From a virus, in the IMG/VR virus record IMGVR_UViG_3300046370_000598, positions 1 through 64,000 of that record: a stretch of 64,000 nt of DNA. One strand, 5' to 3'. The notes below the pieces were generated by a model. The model was not told the origin of the DNA. It worked only from the letters and a program-made list of their open reading frames with translations, and ran no database searches. Below are positions 13,463 through 23,141 of this stretch, piece by piece (positions within the stretch are counted from its first letter, which is position 1; every line of letters starts with the position of its first letter). Position numbers and translations under genes: made by a program.

Positions 13463-15360
13463 AAGTCGAATTGAATTTTATCTTTTCCATTATGAGGAAA
13501 ATTCACGATTCTTTGAGTTCCTAAAAACGGAATGAAAGCTATTTCAAAATATCCATCATTATCTAATTGTCCTTCCATAACAGGAAGGTTTGCTAATGAA
13601 TCACTATAAGGTATGCATTTATGTATATGCGGGTTACCATCTAAAATTTCAAAATACTTTGGGTTCGTTGAGAAATATACATTATATTCTGGATATTGTT
13701 TTTTAATATTTGGTAAAAGTGATGTCGCTAAATATATATCACCAATTCTTTCAGGCATGACAATTAGCAATCTTTTACCTTCATCATCCTCATCTAATAA
13801 ATCTGCTAATTCTACTTTTTTATTTTCTCTATTTTCTTTTTCTGCAACACCTTTAAAGTAAGCTAAGACGTCTTCTCTTGTAAGATCACTTTGCAATCTT
13901 TGCATCCAATGTTTGTGACCATCTTCTAATTCGTTTGTGTTTACTTTTAGTATATTTTTATACAAATCAATTATCCATTCTGAATCATTTTTTATATCAG
14001 GAGGATCATAATTAGGATCTCTTTCTTCTGGCTTGAAATCAAAATCCCAATCTACGTTAGGCATGTCATCTATAATAGATTCCAGTTGTTTGCCTATTAC
14101 ATCCACGCTATAATTATCTATAACGAACTTTCTACCTTTTGTACCCATTTCTTTACGCTTTTCTAGAGGCATATTGAAAACTTTTTTTAATTGATTTGAG
14201 ATACTCTTTGGGTTTGTACTAGCTTTAATAAATTGAGTTCCTTGTTCTCTATATTCAGTCCAACTCAGAGGTAAACTTGCAGCGCTTGGGACACAACAAT
14301 CTTCTCCGCAACTATAGTTTGTTACAAGGGTAATTAATTCTGCTAACTTCGCTTCTTGAATAGGTATTTCTTGACCGCCGCTAGTAAATGGATGGCAATA
14401 AACATCCATTAAATTATATACTTCATTTAGCTGTGTTTCATTAACGCCTGCTTTTGTGTTTGTGGTGACTTGAGATTTTTTTTCACCACAAAATCTACAA
14501 TCTAAATTTTCACCTTGAAAGCTTTTTATTTCATATTCCTGACATTCTTTGCAAAAATAGGTTGTTAAAATTTTTGAAGGATCTATATCTTTCTCTTTTA
14601 TTAATCTAGGTATATCCCAACCTTCTTTCCACGAAGTGTGCAGTAATAACTTTGCGTTAGAGTCTGGATGTTCATCACAAAAGATTTTAAATCCTTCCAG
14701 TAGGTTGGGCACGCTTTTTCTTAATTGATTTCTAAATACGAAACCAATAATAAAATCTTGATGATTTAAGTTTTGATTTAATCTTAATTTTAATTTTGAC
14801 TTTTCATCTAACTTATAAAAATTAGAAGTGTCAATAGCACCCCTAAGAGTCTTAACATGATCTTGGCCAATTTTATTTAAGGATTTTTGAGCAAAGCTTG
14901 CCCAAGTATAGTAATTTTTTATTTTTGGAGCAGATTTTATTGCGTCTGGAAGTATGGGTAAGCTATCTAAAGTTGTCCATATCATGCAATTAATTTTATT
15001 CCACCACGTTTTTTCAGTGAAACCTGAGAAAGCCCATATGTCTTCCACTCCAATATACACATCAGGTCTTTCGTCTTCAATGATCTTATCTATCATCTCC
15101 GCACCGTACCCAGCATTTCTAGCTAATTGCGGATCTTTTTGTAATTTTTTTAATTGTTCAGGATTGTTAGGTAAAGAACCCCTAGCTTTCCATGGTAAAT
15201 TTTGTAAACTAGGATCTCCCCAACTAATACCATTTGAAAATTCTACAAGATCATATTTGCCAGTTTTTTGTAAATGAATTAAAATGTTTTTAACATGCTT
15301 ACCGAATCCAGTTAAAGCTTTACAATGATTGCTATGAATTAATACCTTCTTTTTTTTCAT
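13453..15360 (-). CDS. GT4 (GT-B) glycosyltransferase with CxxC..CxxC insert, fused to a GT9 N-terminal half
   Basis: TGFG, RNQLRKSVP.L, LNEVYNLMDVYCHPFTSGGQEIPIQEA. C-terminal LLIVMPERIGDIYLATSLLPNIKKQYP...EILDGNPHI. Confidence 0.8.
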   Translation of the reverse strand: MKKKKVLIHSNHCKALTGFGKHVKNILIHLQKTGKYDLVEFSNGISWGDPSLQNLPWKARGSLPNNPEQLKKLQKDPQLARNAGYGAEMIDKIIEDERPDVYIGVEDIWAFSGFTEKTWWNKINCMIWTTLDSLPILPDAIKSAPKIKNYYTWASFAQKSLNKIGQDHVKTLRGAIDTSNFYKLDEKSKLKLRLNQNLNHQDFIIGFVFRNQLRKSVPNLLEGFKIFCDEHPDSNAKLLLHTSWKEGWDIPRLIKEKDIDPSKILTTYFCKECQEYEIKSFQGENLDCRFCGEKKSQVTTNTKAGVNETQLNEVYNLMDVYCHPFTSGGQEIPIQEAKLAELITLVTNYSCGEDCCVPSAASLPLSWTEYREQGTQFIKASTNPKSISNQLKKVFNMPLEKRKEMGTKGRKFVIDNYSVDVIGKQLESIIDDMPNVDWDFDFKPEERDPNYDPPDIKNDSEWIIDLYKNILKVNTNELEDGHKHWMQRLQSDLTREDVLAYFKGVAEKENRENKKVELADLLDEDDEGKRLLIVMPERIGDIYLATSLLPNIKKQYPEYNVYFSTNPKYFEILDGNPHIHKCIPYSDSLANLPVMEGQLDNDGYFEIAFIPFLGTQRIVNFPHNGKDKIQFDLCT

Positions 15361-15941
15361 TAAAACGGCGCTTCGCTATCTTCGTCGCTTGATGAATTAT
15401 TTGTTTTATTTTGGTAATTTTTATCTCTGTATTGCTTAGATTTTTCTAATTCAATTTCTCTTCTGTGAGAGAATAAGCAGTTGTAGTAAAAATTAAAAAA
15501 GGCAGATAATTCTTCAACCTCTCCGGGTTCCAGGGGGATCCTGAAAGTTTGATTTCCGTTTCTTGTTAAGTTAATGCCAAACGCAGGAATGGTTACCCAT
15601 ACTTCCTTATCTTGTTGTTTGACTTTTGTTTTCTTGTCCCAAGGAGAAAACTTGATGGAAGTTTTATTTTCTTCGTATGCATGAAATGAAGAGTATTCGT
15701 ATCTATGTTTAAACGCACTGATGATTCCACCTATTTCAAACTCAGTAAATTTAAGGCTAATCTTCTTGTCTGGGTCACTACCATTACCAGAAAAGCTCCC
15801 AGTCTTCTTCTTGTCGTCCCAGCTAAATTGTTGTATAGCGTTAACGTATATCACAGGCTCTTTCTTTTTATCTAAGCCGATTGAAAAATTAAAGGCGCAT
15901 CCAGCGTTTTTACTATTTGGTTTATATAATGATAATGACAT
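15360..15941 (-). CDS. Whirly/PC4-like ssDNA-binding protein with acidic SSB-type tail
   Basis: SLYK, KISLKFTEFEIGGIIS, SFH, RIPLEPGEVEELSAFFNF align by eye with Whirly motifs (SIYK, QVFSLSVTEIGSIIS, FFH, YIPVTKAEFAVLVSAFNF). Ends in DEDSEAPF. Confidence 0.6.
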   Translation of the reverse strand: MSLSLYKPNSKNAGCAFNFSIGLDKKKEPVIYVNAIQQFSWDDKKKTGSFSGNGSDPDKKISLKFTEFEIGGIISAFKHRYEYSSFHAYEENKTSIKFSPWDKKTKVKQQDKEVWVTIPAFGINLTRNGNQTFRIPLEPGEVEELSAFFNFYYNCLFSHRREIELEKSKQYRDKNYQNKTNNSSSDEDSEAPF

Positions 15942-16003
15942 TTTTGTATCTGATTAAATTAAATTTAATAGATACTATAATAAAAATCTATTTTCTCAAT
16001 TAT

Positions 16004-16885
16004 TTATATATCTTTTATGTAATGACACCATGATTCTTCACTTGACAGTTCGTCGTATTTTCTATAGCTAGATGTCCATTTGCTATTAGGTAAATCTTTT
16101 ATTCTTATTATATTAAAATGCTTTTGCATTAAATGTATAGAATTATCTAGAAGAGGTTTGTCGAATTTTTTCTCAATAGGGTCATAATAAGAACTTATAG
16201 CTGATATAGCTATTAATTGCTCAGGAGTTAAACGTCCAACTTCGCGCTTCTTGCATCTGTTCAATGTCTCTGAGAAGACGGTTTTTAGTCTACTGGTTTC
16301 CCCAGCTATCAAGTGATCAGAAGGGTGGTATTTAAACTCTTTATCTTTTCTGAAATAAATATTAGATGTAACTATTTTAAACCAATTATATACCCCTGTT
16401 GATTCATTTTTAGTATCTCTATTTCTTTTTAAGATTTCTATTAATGGGTCTAGGACTGGATAGCTTTCATCGGATCTAACTTTTATAGATAGAAAGCCTG
16501 ATGCGTTTCTTAATCCATTTAAAGTTGTTATGTTTTGATAAACCATTGGATTCTTTGTTTTGGTTTTAAATACAAAAGGTTGCGCTTCCGAGTATTTATT
16601 TACAATTAATTTTATACGATCCTTAAAAGGATTTAAAATATTAATATCATCTGTATCCCAGCAACTAACTACTACTTCTCCATAATTTAAATAATTTGGT
16701 ATCGTGTTTATTGATCTATGATTAAGTGGACCTTGGATTATTATTGAGATTCTATTCTCTAATTGTTCAAATCTTCTTAATAAGTTTTTTTGTACAGTGA
16801 GTTGAAAGTTTGTGAATTCATTAACATATTCCAACCTTTCTCCTGTCTTGGAATTTTTTAAATCATGAGGATTCCAATTTTTCAC
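16004..16885 (-). CDS. WavE-like LPS/glycan synthesis protein
   Basis: ISIIIQGP, VVSCW, Q..TTLNGL, KVRSD and HPSDH..AG motifs. Confidence 0.65.
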   Translation of the reverse strand: MKNWNPHDLKNSKTGERLEYVNEFTNFQLTVQKNLLRRFEQLENRISIIIQGPLNHRSINTIPNYLNYGEVVVSCWDTDDINILNPFKDRIKLIVNKYSEAQPFVFKTKTKNPMVYQNITTLNGLRNASGFLSIKVRSDESYPVLDPLIEILKRNRDTKNESTGVYNWFKIVTSNIYFRKDKEFKYHPSDHLIAGETSRLKTVFSETLNRCKKREVGRLTPEQLIAISAISSYYDPIEKKFDKPLLDNSIHLMQKHFNIIRIKDLPNSKWTSSYRKYDELSSEESWCHYIKDI

Positions 16886-17304
16886 AATAAATAATCAGAA
16901 CATAATCCAAAACATGGGTTACCGCTATAGTCCCTAATATTGTCAACAACTATAACGCTTTTATTGCAAACCCTTTTACCTGGATAAGTCCATATGAAAT
17001 TTTTAGATGTTAATGTAAAATCATCAGATTCATGCCAGAAGAAATTTAAAGTGCGAAACTCACTTAAAATATCCATGGCTTCTAGGTTTTTACAATGAAT
17101 CCATAAGTGTTGAGAGTTATTGCATAAAAACTGCATTGGACAAGGCGATTCTGGTTTGTCGTGACCTAACCATAGTTGATCTCTAGCCCAAACGTCAATC
17201 TCCACATCATAGCCTAAATCCAAGGCTTCTTGTATGTATTCTATTGTATTCTCTCTTTCTTTATTAGGTCCGTTTATATTACCTCTATGCGAAACAAATA
17301 TCAT
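16882..17304 (-). CDS. Small GDPD/PI-PLC-like phosphodiesterase
   Basis: SHRGN...ENT..YI..A...GYDVEIDVW...LWLGHD, WIHCKN. Confidence 0.75.
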   Translation of the reverse strand: MIFVSHRGNINGPNKERENTIEYIQEALDLGYDVEIDVWARDQLWLGHDKPESPCPMQFLCNNSQHLWIHCKNLEAMDILSEFRTLNFFWHESDDFTLTSKNFIWTYPGKRVCNKSVIVVDNIRDYSGNPCFGLCSDYLL

Positions 17305-18661
17305 GTTTTAAAAATAAATTTAAATCCTCAGGAGTCCCTAGTCCCCACATTTTTTCTATATGAAAAGTTTTAACTCTAGCTCCTATAAGTAATGCTTCGT
17401 TGTATACCGGGCATACATAAAATTCATTATTAACCCTTATATTCTTTTTTATCATTGACTCGGCACATTGAACATAATCCGATCCCTTTTTCCAGAAATA
17501 TATGCCAACTGTAGCATTATTGCTTATCGGCTTTTTTTCTGCAACCTCAGTGACAAATCCATTTTCGTTTAATTTTGCGTAACTCCATTTAGGGTGAGTT
17601 GATTGAAAAGTTAAAATTGATCCATCTATGTCATCCGCCATGCATGAATACATAAATTGATTACTTTCCCATTCTACGTATTGGTCTGAATTGGCTAGCA
17701 CTAATGGTTCATCGTTATCTATGAATTCTTTTGCTAGTAATGTTGTACATGCTGCGCCCTCCGTCATACCTTCTACCTGCACGATCTCACAATTTGGAGA
17801 GATTAAATTTAAAGTATGCTTTAAGGAATATTTTTCATAATGATCTTTTTGTACAATAAATATATGTCTAGCATCTATATTGAGATTTTCTACAACCCTT
17901 TGTATCATGGGTTTTCCATTAACATCTATGAGGGGTTTAGGAAAAGTATAACCTGCCTGCTCGAACCTTGAGCCTGCTCCTGCCATTGGTATTAAAACGT
18001 TCATTTTATCTCCTTGCCATTTTGGTGAAATTTTAGATTTTTTTTCTGCCTTGAGTATAGTATTATATATTTTGTCAAAAGTCAAGTCGCTAGAATCTTT
18101 AACTGCGCATAAATGTGCTCCACTGCGTATCGCCGCTTTGCGTCCTATATGGGAATCTTCAACTATTATTGTCTCATCAGGATTAATTCCTAATTTGATC
18201 ATGCATCTCATGTAGACTTCCGCACTTGGTTTAGGATTATTAACATCTTCATTTGAGAAAAGTAAGTCTATATAATCAAAAAAACCTTTTCTTATTAACA
18301 TTAACTTGGATGTCTCTCGTATAGAGTTTGTGGCGCAAGCTAATTTGAATCCTTGTTCTTTTAATTTTTCTAAAATAGATCTTATTCTTTGATCTTGATT
18401 ATAAGAATTTATTTCTTCAATTGTTTTTTGTTGTTTTAATTGCCATACTTTATTATGAAATTCTTTTGGTAGATTCTTTTCTTTTGTTAGTTTATTTAGT
18501 TTTTGTGTTGTAGTTAATGCATCGTACTTACAAAGATGTTCTTCTTTGCTTATTACGAAATCGCTGCTAATATCAAATAAAGCTTTATTTAATGCTATAA
18601 AATGAAGTTCTCGCGAATCAACTAATACTCCATCTAGATCTAATATTATTAATTTTATCAT
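17285..18661 (-). CDS. HAD phosphatase fused to sugar-phosphate nucleotidyltransferase (capsule BcbE-like)
   Basis: N-terminal DLDGVLVD, PKP, EDS..G. C-terminal LIPMAGAGSRF..AGYTFPKPLI, EKKPIS, EFYVCPVYN, GLGTPEDL. Confidence 0.85.
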   Translation of the reverse strand: MIKLIILDLDGVLVDSRELHFIALNKALFDISSDFVISKEEHLCKYDALTTTQKLNKLTKEKNLPKEFHNKVWQLKQQKTIEEINSYNQDQRIRSILEKLKEQGFKLACATNSIRETSKLMLIRKGFFDYIDLLFSNEDVNNPKPSAEVYMRCMIKLGINPDETIIVEDSHIGRKAAIRSGAHLCAVKDSSDLTFDKIYNTILKAEKKSKISPKWQGDKMNVLIPMAGAGSRFEQAGYTFPKPLIDVNGKPMIQRVVENLNIDARHIFIVQKDHYEKYSLKHTLNLISPNCEIVQVEGMTEGAACTTLLAKEFIDNDEPLVLANSDQYVEWESNQFMYSCMADDIDGSILTFQSTHPKWSYAKLNENGFVTEVAEKKPISNNATVGIYFWKKGSDYVQCAESMIKKNIRVNNEFYVCPVYNEALLIGARVKTFHIEKMWGLGTPEDLNLFLKHDICFA

Positions 18662-19392
18662 TTAATTAACTTGATATTTAGATCGCCAAAGTTTGATGAA
18701 CCTGTTAATCTTGAGTATTTGATATTATTTAGGTTTAAATAGGTGGTTAAAATACATTCTGGAATCTTGCACATGTAGTCTGGGTATCCATTATCCCATA
18801 AATAATCAATAGGTACCTCTATTGAGTCGAAGCAATTCATGTATTTTTTCATTATTTTAACTGGACCAATGCATAACTGATCATTAATTTGCCTAGGTAG
18901 GATAACCTTTTCATAAACAAAGCTAAATGATATAGGTTTTTTAAGTTCTTCTTCGTGATTGTAGAATTTAACACCCTCATAAAAAGGAAATTTAAGTAAG
19001 TTTCTAGATATACAATCTTTTATTTCATGAATTTTAATTTGATCAAATACTTTTATATCTGGTCTTATTCTTATTATTAGATCATATTGATTTTTGCTAT
19101 TAATGCAATAATCTTCAAATACTTTAAATACTTTTTTCATTCCAAAAGTCATTGGTTTTAGTCCTGCCCAATAATCAATTGTATTACTTTTCATTTCTTC
19201 TTTATGATCGTTATAGTTCAATAAGGAAAATCTTTTTGGATTATAAAAACGAATGAAATCTCTATATTCTTCATCTTCCCAAGTAAAAAGAAAGATGTCG
19301 GGTTGAAAGGGTTTGATTATATTGTCAACAATAGAATCTCTTGTTTCCTTCCATTGTCCAAGTTTTCCACTAAAGCATAGGGCTACTCTCAT
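18658..19392 (-). CDS. Putative glycosyltransferase-like protein (VALCFSG / IRIRPD family)
   Basis: RVALCFSG, YDLIIRIRPD, INDQ..IG. Same family as the N-domain of the 44103..46808 ORF. Confidence 0.5.
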   Translation of the reverse strand: MRVALCFSGKLGQWKETRDSIVDNIIKPFQPDIFLFTWEDEEYRDFIRFYNPKRFSLLNYNDHKEEMKSNTIDYWAGLKPMTFGMKKVFKVFEDYCINSKNQYDLIIRIRPDIKVFDQIKIHEIKDCISRNLLKFPFYEGVKFYNHEEELKKPISFSFVYEKVILPRQINDQLCIGPVKIMKKYMNCFDSIEVPIDYLWDNGYPDYMCKIPECILTTYLNLNNIKYSRLTGSSNFGDLNIKLIK

Positions 19393-19696
19393 CTTTTCCT
19401 CTTATTTTCATACGCCCCTTATCAATTACAAATGTTTTTAAGACAGTGGCCATTTTGTTGCACGTTTTAAATCTATGGATATGGTTCGCTTTTTTTAATC
19501 TAGACATACTCGCCGAGATCTTGCCGTAAGACATACCTCCCAGGTCTTCACCTATTTTATCGTTTGATAAAAATATAGGTTTTCCATGTCCTGCTTTAGT
19601 TGCAAGATAGTTGTAAACAACAAGATCATTACCTATCAATTTACCTCTTACGACATCTTGGTGGATCACCATTGGAATTTGTATGAATTTTCTCAT
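19370..19696 (-). CDS. Small HTH DNA-binding protein
   Basis: LVVY.YL...F.SN..IGEDLG.MS...IS..M.RL..A..I winged-HTH pattern. First gene after a sigma70 promoter. Confidence 0.5.
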   Translation of the reverse strand: MRKFIQIPMVIHQDVVRGKLIGNDLVVYNYLATKAGHGKPIFLSNDKIGEDLGGMSYGKISASMSRLKKANHIHRFKTCNKMATVLKTFVIDKGRMKIRGKDESSPML

Positions 19697-19703
19697 TCGT
19701 TTA

Positions 19704-19732
19704 ATCTTAAACTAAAAATAGTTTTTTGTCAA
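19704..19732 (-). promoter_or_regulatory. sigma70-type promoter, leaderless arrangement
   Basis: TTGACA-17 nt-TAAGAT-7 nt-ATG(19696). Confidence 0.75.
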
Positions 19733-19836
19733 GCAATATTCAAAAAATCGAATTCTGGACATTCAAAAAATTGTACAATGTTAATACTATAGGTATTCAT
19801 TAATATATTTTATTAATATATATAAATATATAAGAA

Positions 19837-19865
19837 TTGACAAATAGTAAAAAAGATGATATAGT
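19837..19865 (+). promoter_or_regulatory. sigma70-type promoter with extended -10, leaderless arrangement
   Basis: TTGACA-17 nt-TATAGT (TGn before the -10)-7 nt-ATG(19873). Confidence 0.8.
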
Positions 19866-19872
19866 ATGTAGT

Positions 19873-20169
19873 ATGAAATTTATAGATTTAAGTGAAGATA
19901 GATACTTCTGTATAAAGTGTTCAGATTGGTCGGTCATACTTAACGCCGAAAATGCCACAGAAGCTTGTACGTCAGCATTAAAACTTATGATGAACAAGAG
20001 GGGTAGTAATTTGAAATTATCATCAGTGATGATATCCAATGAATTAAAAGCTGATGTTATGGACGAAGATTATGATGAATTAGTCGAATACCATTCAGTA
20101 TCAATGATGCTTGCAAATGCAGGATTTCATGAATTATCATCAAATTTAAAATCTATACTAGGAGCATAA
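19873..20169 (+). CDS. Hypothetical protein (start revised from TTG 19837 to ATG 19873)
   Basis: The ORF-track start is the TTG of the -35 box. The ATG sits 7 nt after the -10. Confidence 0.65.
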   Translation: MKFIDLSEDRYFCIKCSDWSVILNAENATEACTSALKLMMNKRGSNLKLSSVMISNELKADVMDEDYDELVEYHSVSMMLANAGFHELSSNLKSILGA

Positions 20170-20171
20170 TT

Positions 20172-20723
20172 ATGGGACTAATAGGAATATCGGGATTAGC
20201 GAGATGCGGCAAGGATAGCTTCTTTGAACTTTCTAAATCCTTCTTAAAGGATAGGGATTTAAATTTCAGAAGGTTTGCATTCGCAGACGCACTAAAGGAA
20301 GAATGTGATTCTTTCCTAAAGGAAAATACTGGCATTTCAGCATTTACCGAGAATAGTAAAGAGAAAGAGATAATAAGACCGCTTCTCGTAGTTTATGGGA
20401 CACATATAAGGAGAAAGATGGATAAAAATTGCTGGATATCAAAAATAGAACAAAGGGTTAAAAAATGTATAGCACTCAATCAAGTTGTATTTATTACAGA
20501 TGTTAGATTCAAGAATGAGATAGATTGGGTTCATAGTCTACAGGGTACATCTATACATATATCTAGAGAAAATAATATAGCGCCAAACGAGGACGAACTT
20601 AAGAATGATCCAATCTTAAAATCTTCTTCTTGTATTAAATTAGAGTGGGAAAACTTCTCGAAAGAAAATATGCACAAAATGTCGAATAAAGTTAAAAAAG
20701 TTTTAGAATCAATTATAGAATAA
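20172..20723 (+). CDS. Deoxynucleoside monophosphate kinase
   Basis: IGISGLARCGKD P-loop, FAFADALKEE, R.LL..YG...R, ITDVRFKNE. Confidence 0.8.
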   Translation: MGLIGISGLARCGKDSFFELSKSFLKDRDLNFRRFAFADALKEECDSFLKENTGISAFTENSKEKEIIRPLLVVYGTHIRRKMDKNCWISKIEQRVKKCIALNQVVFITDVRFKNEIDWVHSLQGTSIHISRENNIAPNEDELKNDPILKSSSCIKLEWENFSKENMHKMSNKVKKVLESIIE

Positions 20724-20732
20724 TTTTACATC

Positions 20733-21335
20733 ATGAGTGAAAACGTTTCAGATATAGATCTTATCAATAATATAAAAGATAATACAAGAGCTAAAGAAAG
20801 CTTGACTCTTCTCGTTGATAGGCATAGCGGTATTTATCTTGACATGGTAAACTCTTACGCTAGTCCAAACAGCCCTTTTACGGATTATCAGGATTTAATA
20901 AAAGACAAAGAATATAGAATATACAACGCAGCGATTAAGTACAACGAAAGTAAAGGTGCAAAATTCAGCACTTACCTAGGGAATGAGACTAGGTGGATGT
21001 GTCTCAATATGTATAATAAAAATAAAAGGAAGCCTACGTTCCATAGTGACTTCTTAGAAAATATGCCAGAAGATGAGGAGATTTCTCAAAATTCAGATAG
21101 TATATCAGAGAATATCAAAAAAGATCTATTTAATAAGGTATTATCTATGATTAGTTCTCACCCAGATAAAAGAGTAGAGAAAATATTCACTATGAGGTAT
21201 ATTGTAGGAAATAAAAACAAAGTTATGCCGTGGAAAGATATTGGTGATGAAATTAATTTAAGTATACAAGGATGTATTAATATACATAATACAGTAGTAA
21301 AAGATTTACAGGAGGAATTAAAACAGGAAATATGA
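20733..21335 (+). CDS. Phage RNA polymerase sigma factor
   Basis: Region-2-like AAIKYNESKGAKFSTYL and region-4-like HTH MPWKDIGDEINLSIQG. Confidence 0.75.
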   Translation: MSENVSDIDLINNIKDNTRAKESLTLLVDRHSGIYLDMVNSYASPNSPFTDYQDLIKDKEYRIYNAAIKYNESKGAKFSTYLGNETRWMCLNMYNKNKRKPTFHSDFLENMPEDEEISQNSDSISENIKKDLFNKVLSMISSHPDKRVEKIFTMRYIVGNKNKVMPWKDIGDEINLSIQGCINIHNTVVKDLQEELKQEI

Positions 21336-21718
21336 ATAAATATATAGCATTAGGTAATTTAACTAAAGACCCATCACTCAAGACAACTAAAAATGACAAT
21401 GCAGTTTGCGAGTTTTCTATAGCAATAAATAACAAAGTTAACAATTCAGTATTTTATATCGACGTTGAGACTTGGGGAGCAGTAGCAAATAACTGTAATA
21501 GATTTTTATCTAAAGGCAGAAAAGTACTAATTGAAGGTAGACTAGCTTCTAGTTCCTGGCGAAATAAAGAAGGGGAAAATAGAACTAAAATATACTGCAA
21601 TGCGGAAAGAGTAACTTTCTTAGATAAAACAGAAGCAGATCAGTCCCAAAAAACAGATAGCGTTAGTAAAACTGCGGAAAAAATAATTGAAGACGAATTC
21701 GCGGATATACCTTTTTAA
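21332..21718 (+). CDS. ssb: Single-stranded DNA-binding protein
   Basis: MNK.I..GNLTKDP, FSIA.N, W...A......LSKGRKVLIEGRL...W, acidic tail FADIPF. Confidence 0.92.
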   Translation: MNKYIALGNLTKDPSLKTTKNDNAVCEFSIAINNKVNNSVFYIDVETWGAVANNCNRFLSKGRKVLIEGRLASSSWRNKEGENRTKIYCNAERVTFLDKTEADQSQKTDSVSKTAEKIIEDEFADIPF

Positions 21719-22773
21719 TGAAAGACTTAATATTTAAAGGCCCGCTCAATTCACTTTCCTTTGGGAATGTATCTTATAACTTATTATATGCAATGTTTAA
21801 GAAAGGTATGAATGTATCCATCTTTCCATCCGGTAAAATAGATATTAGCGCATTCGATAAAATATCAGAAGATTTTAAAAAATGGCTTGAAGTATCCTCA
21901 AACGGAAGATATAAAGATATTGATAAGGATATGACAACCTTGCAGTTATGGCACTTAAATGGGGCAGAAAATAGAATAACATCCAAACAAATACTATATA
22001 CTTTTTACGAATTAAATAAACCCACAGATACAGAAAAAAGCTTAGCTTCATTACAAGACCAAACTGTATTCAGCAGTTCTTACGCTTCTTCTCAATTTAA
22101 AAACTCTAGTTACTCTCCATTAGGTTTCGATCAAACCCTAAACAAAACAGGTAAATCGTATATGCCAAATAAAATACATTTCGGCTTAATGGGTAAATTT
22201 GAAAAAAGAAAACATACAGAAAAGATTATAAAGTGTTGGCTTAAAAAATATGGCAACAATTATGACTACCAACTGACATGCTGTATAACGAATCCCTTCT
22301 TCGAGAAAAATCAAATGGAGACATGCATATCTAATATCTTAGAGGGAAAAAGATATGGCAATATAAACTTTCTACCTTTTCTACCACATAATAGTCAAGT
22401 TAATGATTTTTTAAATTCAATTGATATTGATCTTGGAGGAATGAGTGGTGCCGAAGGCTGGAACCTACCATCCTTTAATGCAACCTGCTTAGGAAAATGG
22501 AGCGTTGTTTTAAATGCAACAAGCCACAAAGATTGGGCAAACTCCAAGAATAGCATTCTTGTAGAGCCTAATGGGAGAGAGCCTGTATATGATAATATCT
22601 TTTTTAATGAAAACTCTCATTTCAATCAAGGTGAAATATTTACTTTTGATGATGATGAATTTATATCCGCAATGGAAAAAGCTGAAACAAAATGTAAAAT
22701 AAATAATTCTGAAGGAGAAAAGTTAAAAACAAAATTTACCTACGAAAATACTTTAGATAAAATATTAGAATAA
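21718..22773 (+). CDS. GT-B (GT4-like) glycosyltransferase
   Basis: GKFEKRKH and SGAEGWNLPSFNA.CLGK motifs. Confidence 0.7.
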   Translation: MKDLIFKGPLNSLSFGNVSYNLLYAMFKKGMNVSIFPSGKIDISAFDKISEDFKKWLEVSSNGRYKDIDKDMTTLQLWHLNGAENRITSKQILYTFYELNKPTDTEKSLASLQDQTVFSSSYASSQFKNSSYSPLGFDQTLNKTGKSYMPNKIHFGLMGKFEKRKHTEKIIKCWLKKYGNNYDYQLTCCITNPFFEKNQMETCISNILEGKRYGNINFLPFLPHNSQVNDFLNSIDIDLGGMSGAEGWNLPSFNATCLGKWSVVLNATSHKDWANSKNSILVEPNGREPVYDNIFFNENSHFNQGEIFTFDDDEFISAMEKAETKCKINNSEGEKLKTKFTYENTLDKILE

Positions 22774-23117
22774 TGCCTTTATATACATACGAACATCCAG
22801 AAACAGGTGAGCAAGTAGAAGTCGTTCAAACAATGAATGAAGATCATGTTTACGTAGACAAACAAAACATAACATGGAAAAGAATATTCGATATACCTCA
22901 AGCTTCTATAGATGCGAGCATTGACCCTTTCGACCAAAGATCTTTTACAGATAAGACTAAAAATAAAAAAGGTACATACGGAGACCTTTTAGATAGAAGT
23001 AAAGAGCTAAGCCAGGCAAGAAAAGATAAAGCAGGGGTAGACCCAATTCAACAAAAATATTTCAAAGATTACAAAAATAAAAGGCGTGGAGTAAAACATC
23101 CAATGGATAGAGGCTAA
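22773..23117 (+). CDS. FmdB-like small protein (Cys-less)
   Basis: MPLYTYEHPETGE..EV.Q.M, an FmdB-type N-terminus lacking CxxC. Confidence 0.5.
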   Translation: MPLYTYEHPETGEQVEVVQTMNEDHVYVDKQNITWKRIFDIPQASIDASIDPFDQRSFTDKTKNKKGTYGDLLDRSKELSQARKDKAGVDPIQQKYFKDYKNKRRGVKHPMDRG

Positions 23118-23123
23118 AAATAA

Positions 23124-23128
23124 GTGTA
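23124..23128 (+). promoter_or_regulatory. GTGTA motif (putative phage late promoter)
   Basis: GTGTAATATATTCCTGTC-ATG(23142). One of about 10 intergenic copies. Confidence 0.6.
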
Positions 23129-23141
23129 ATATATTCCTGTC

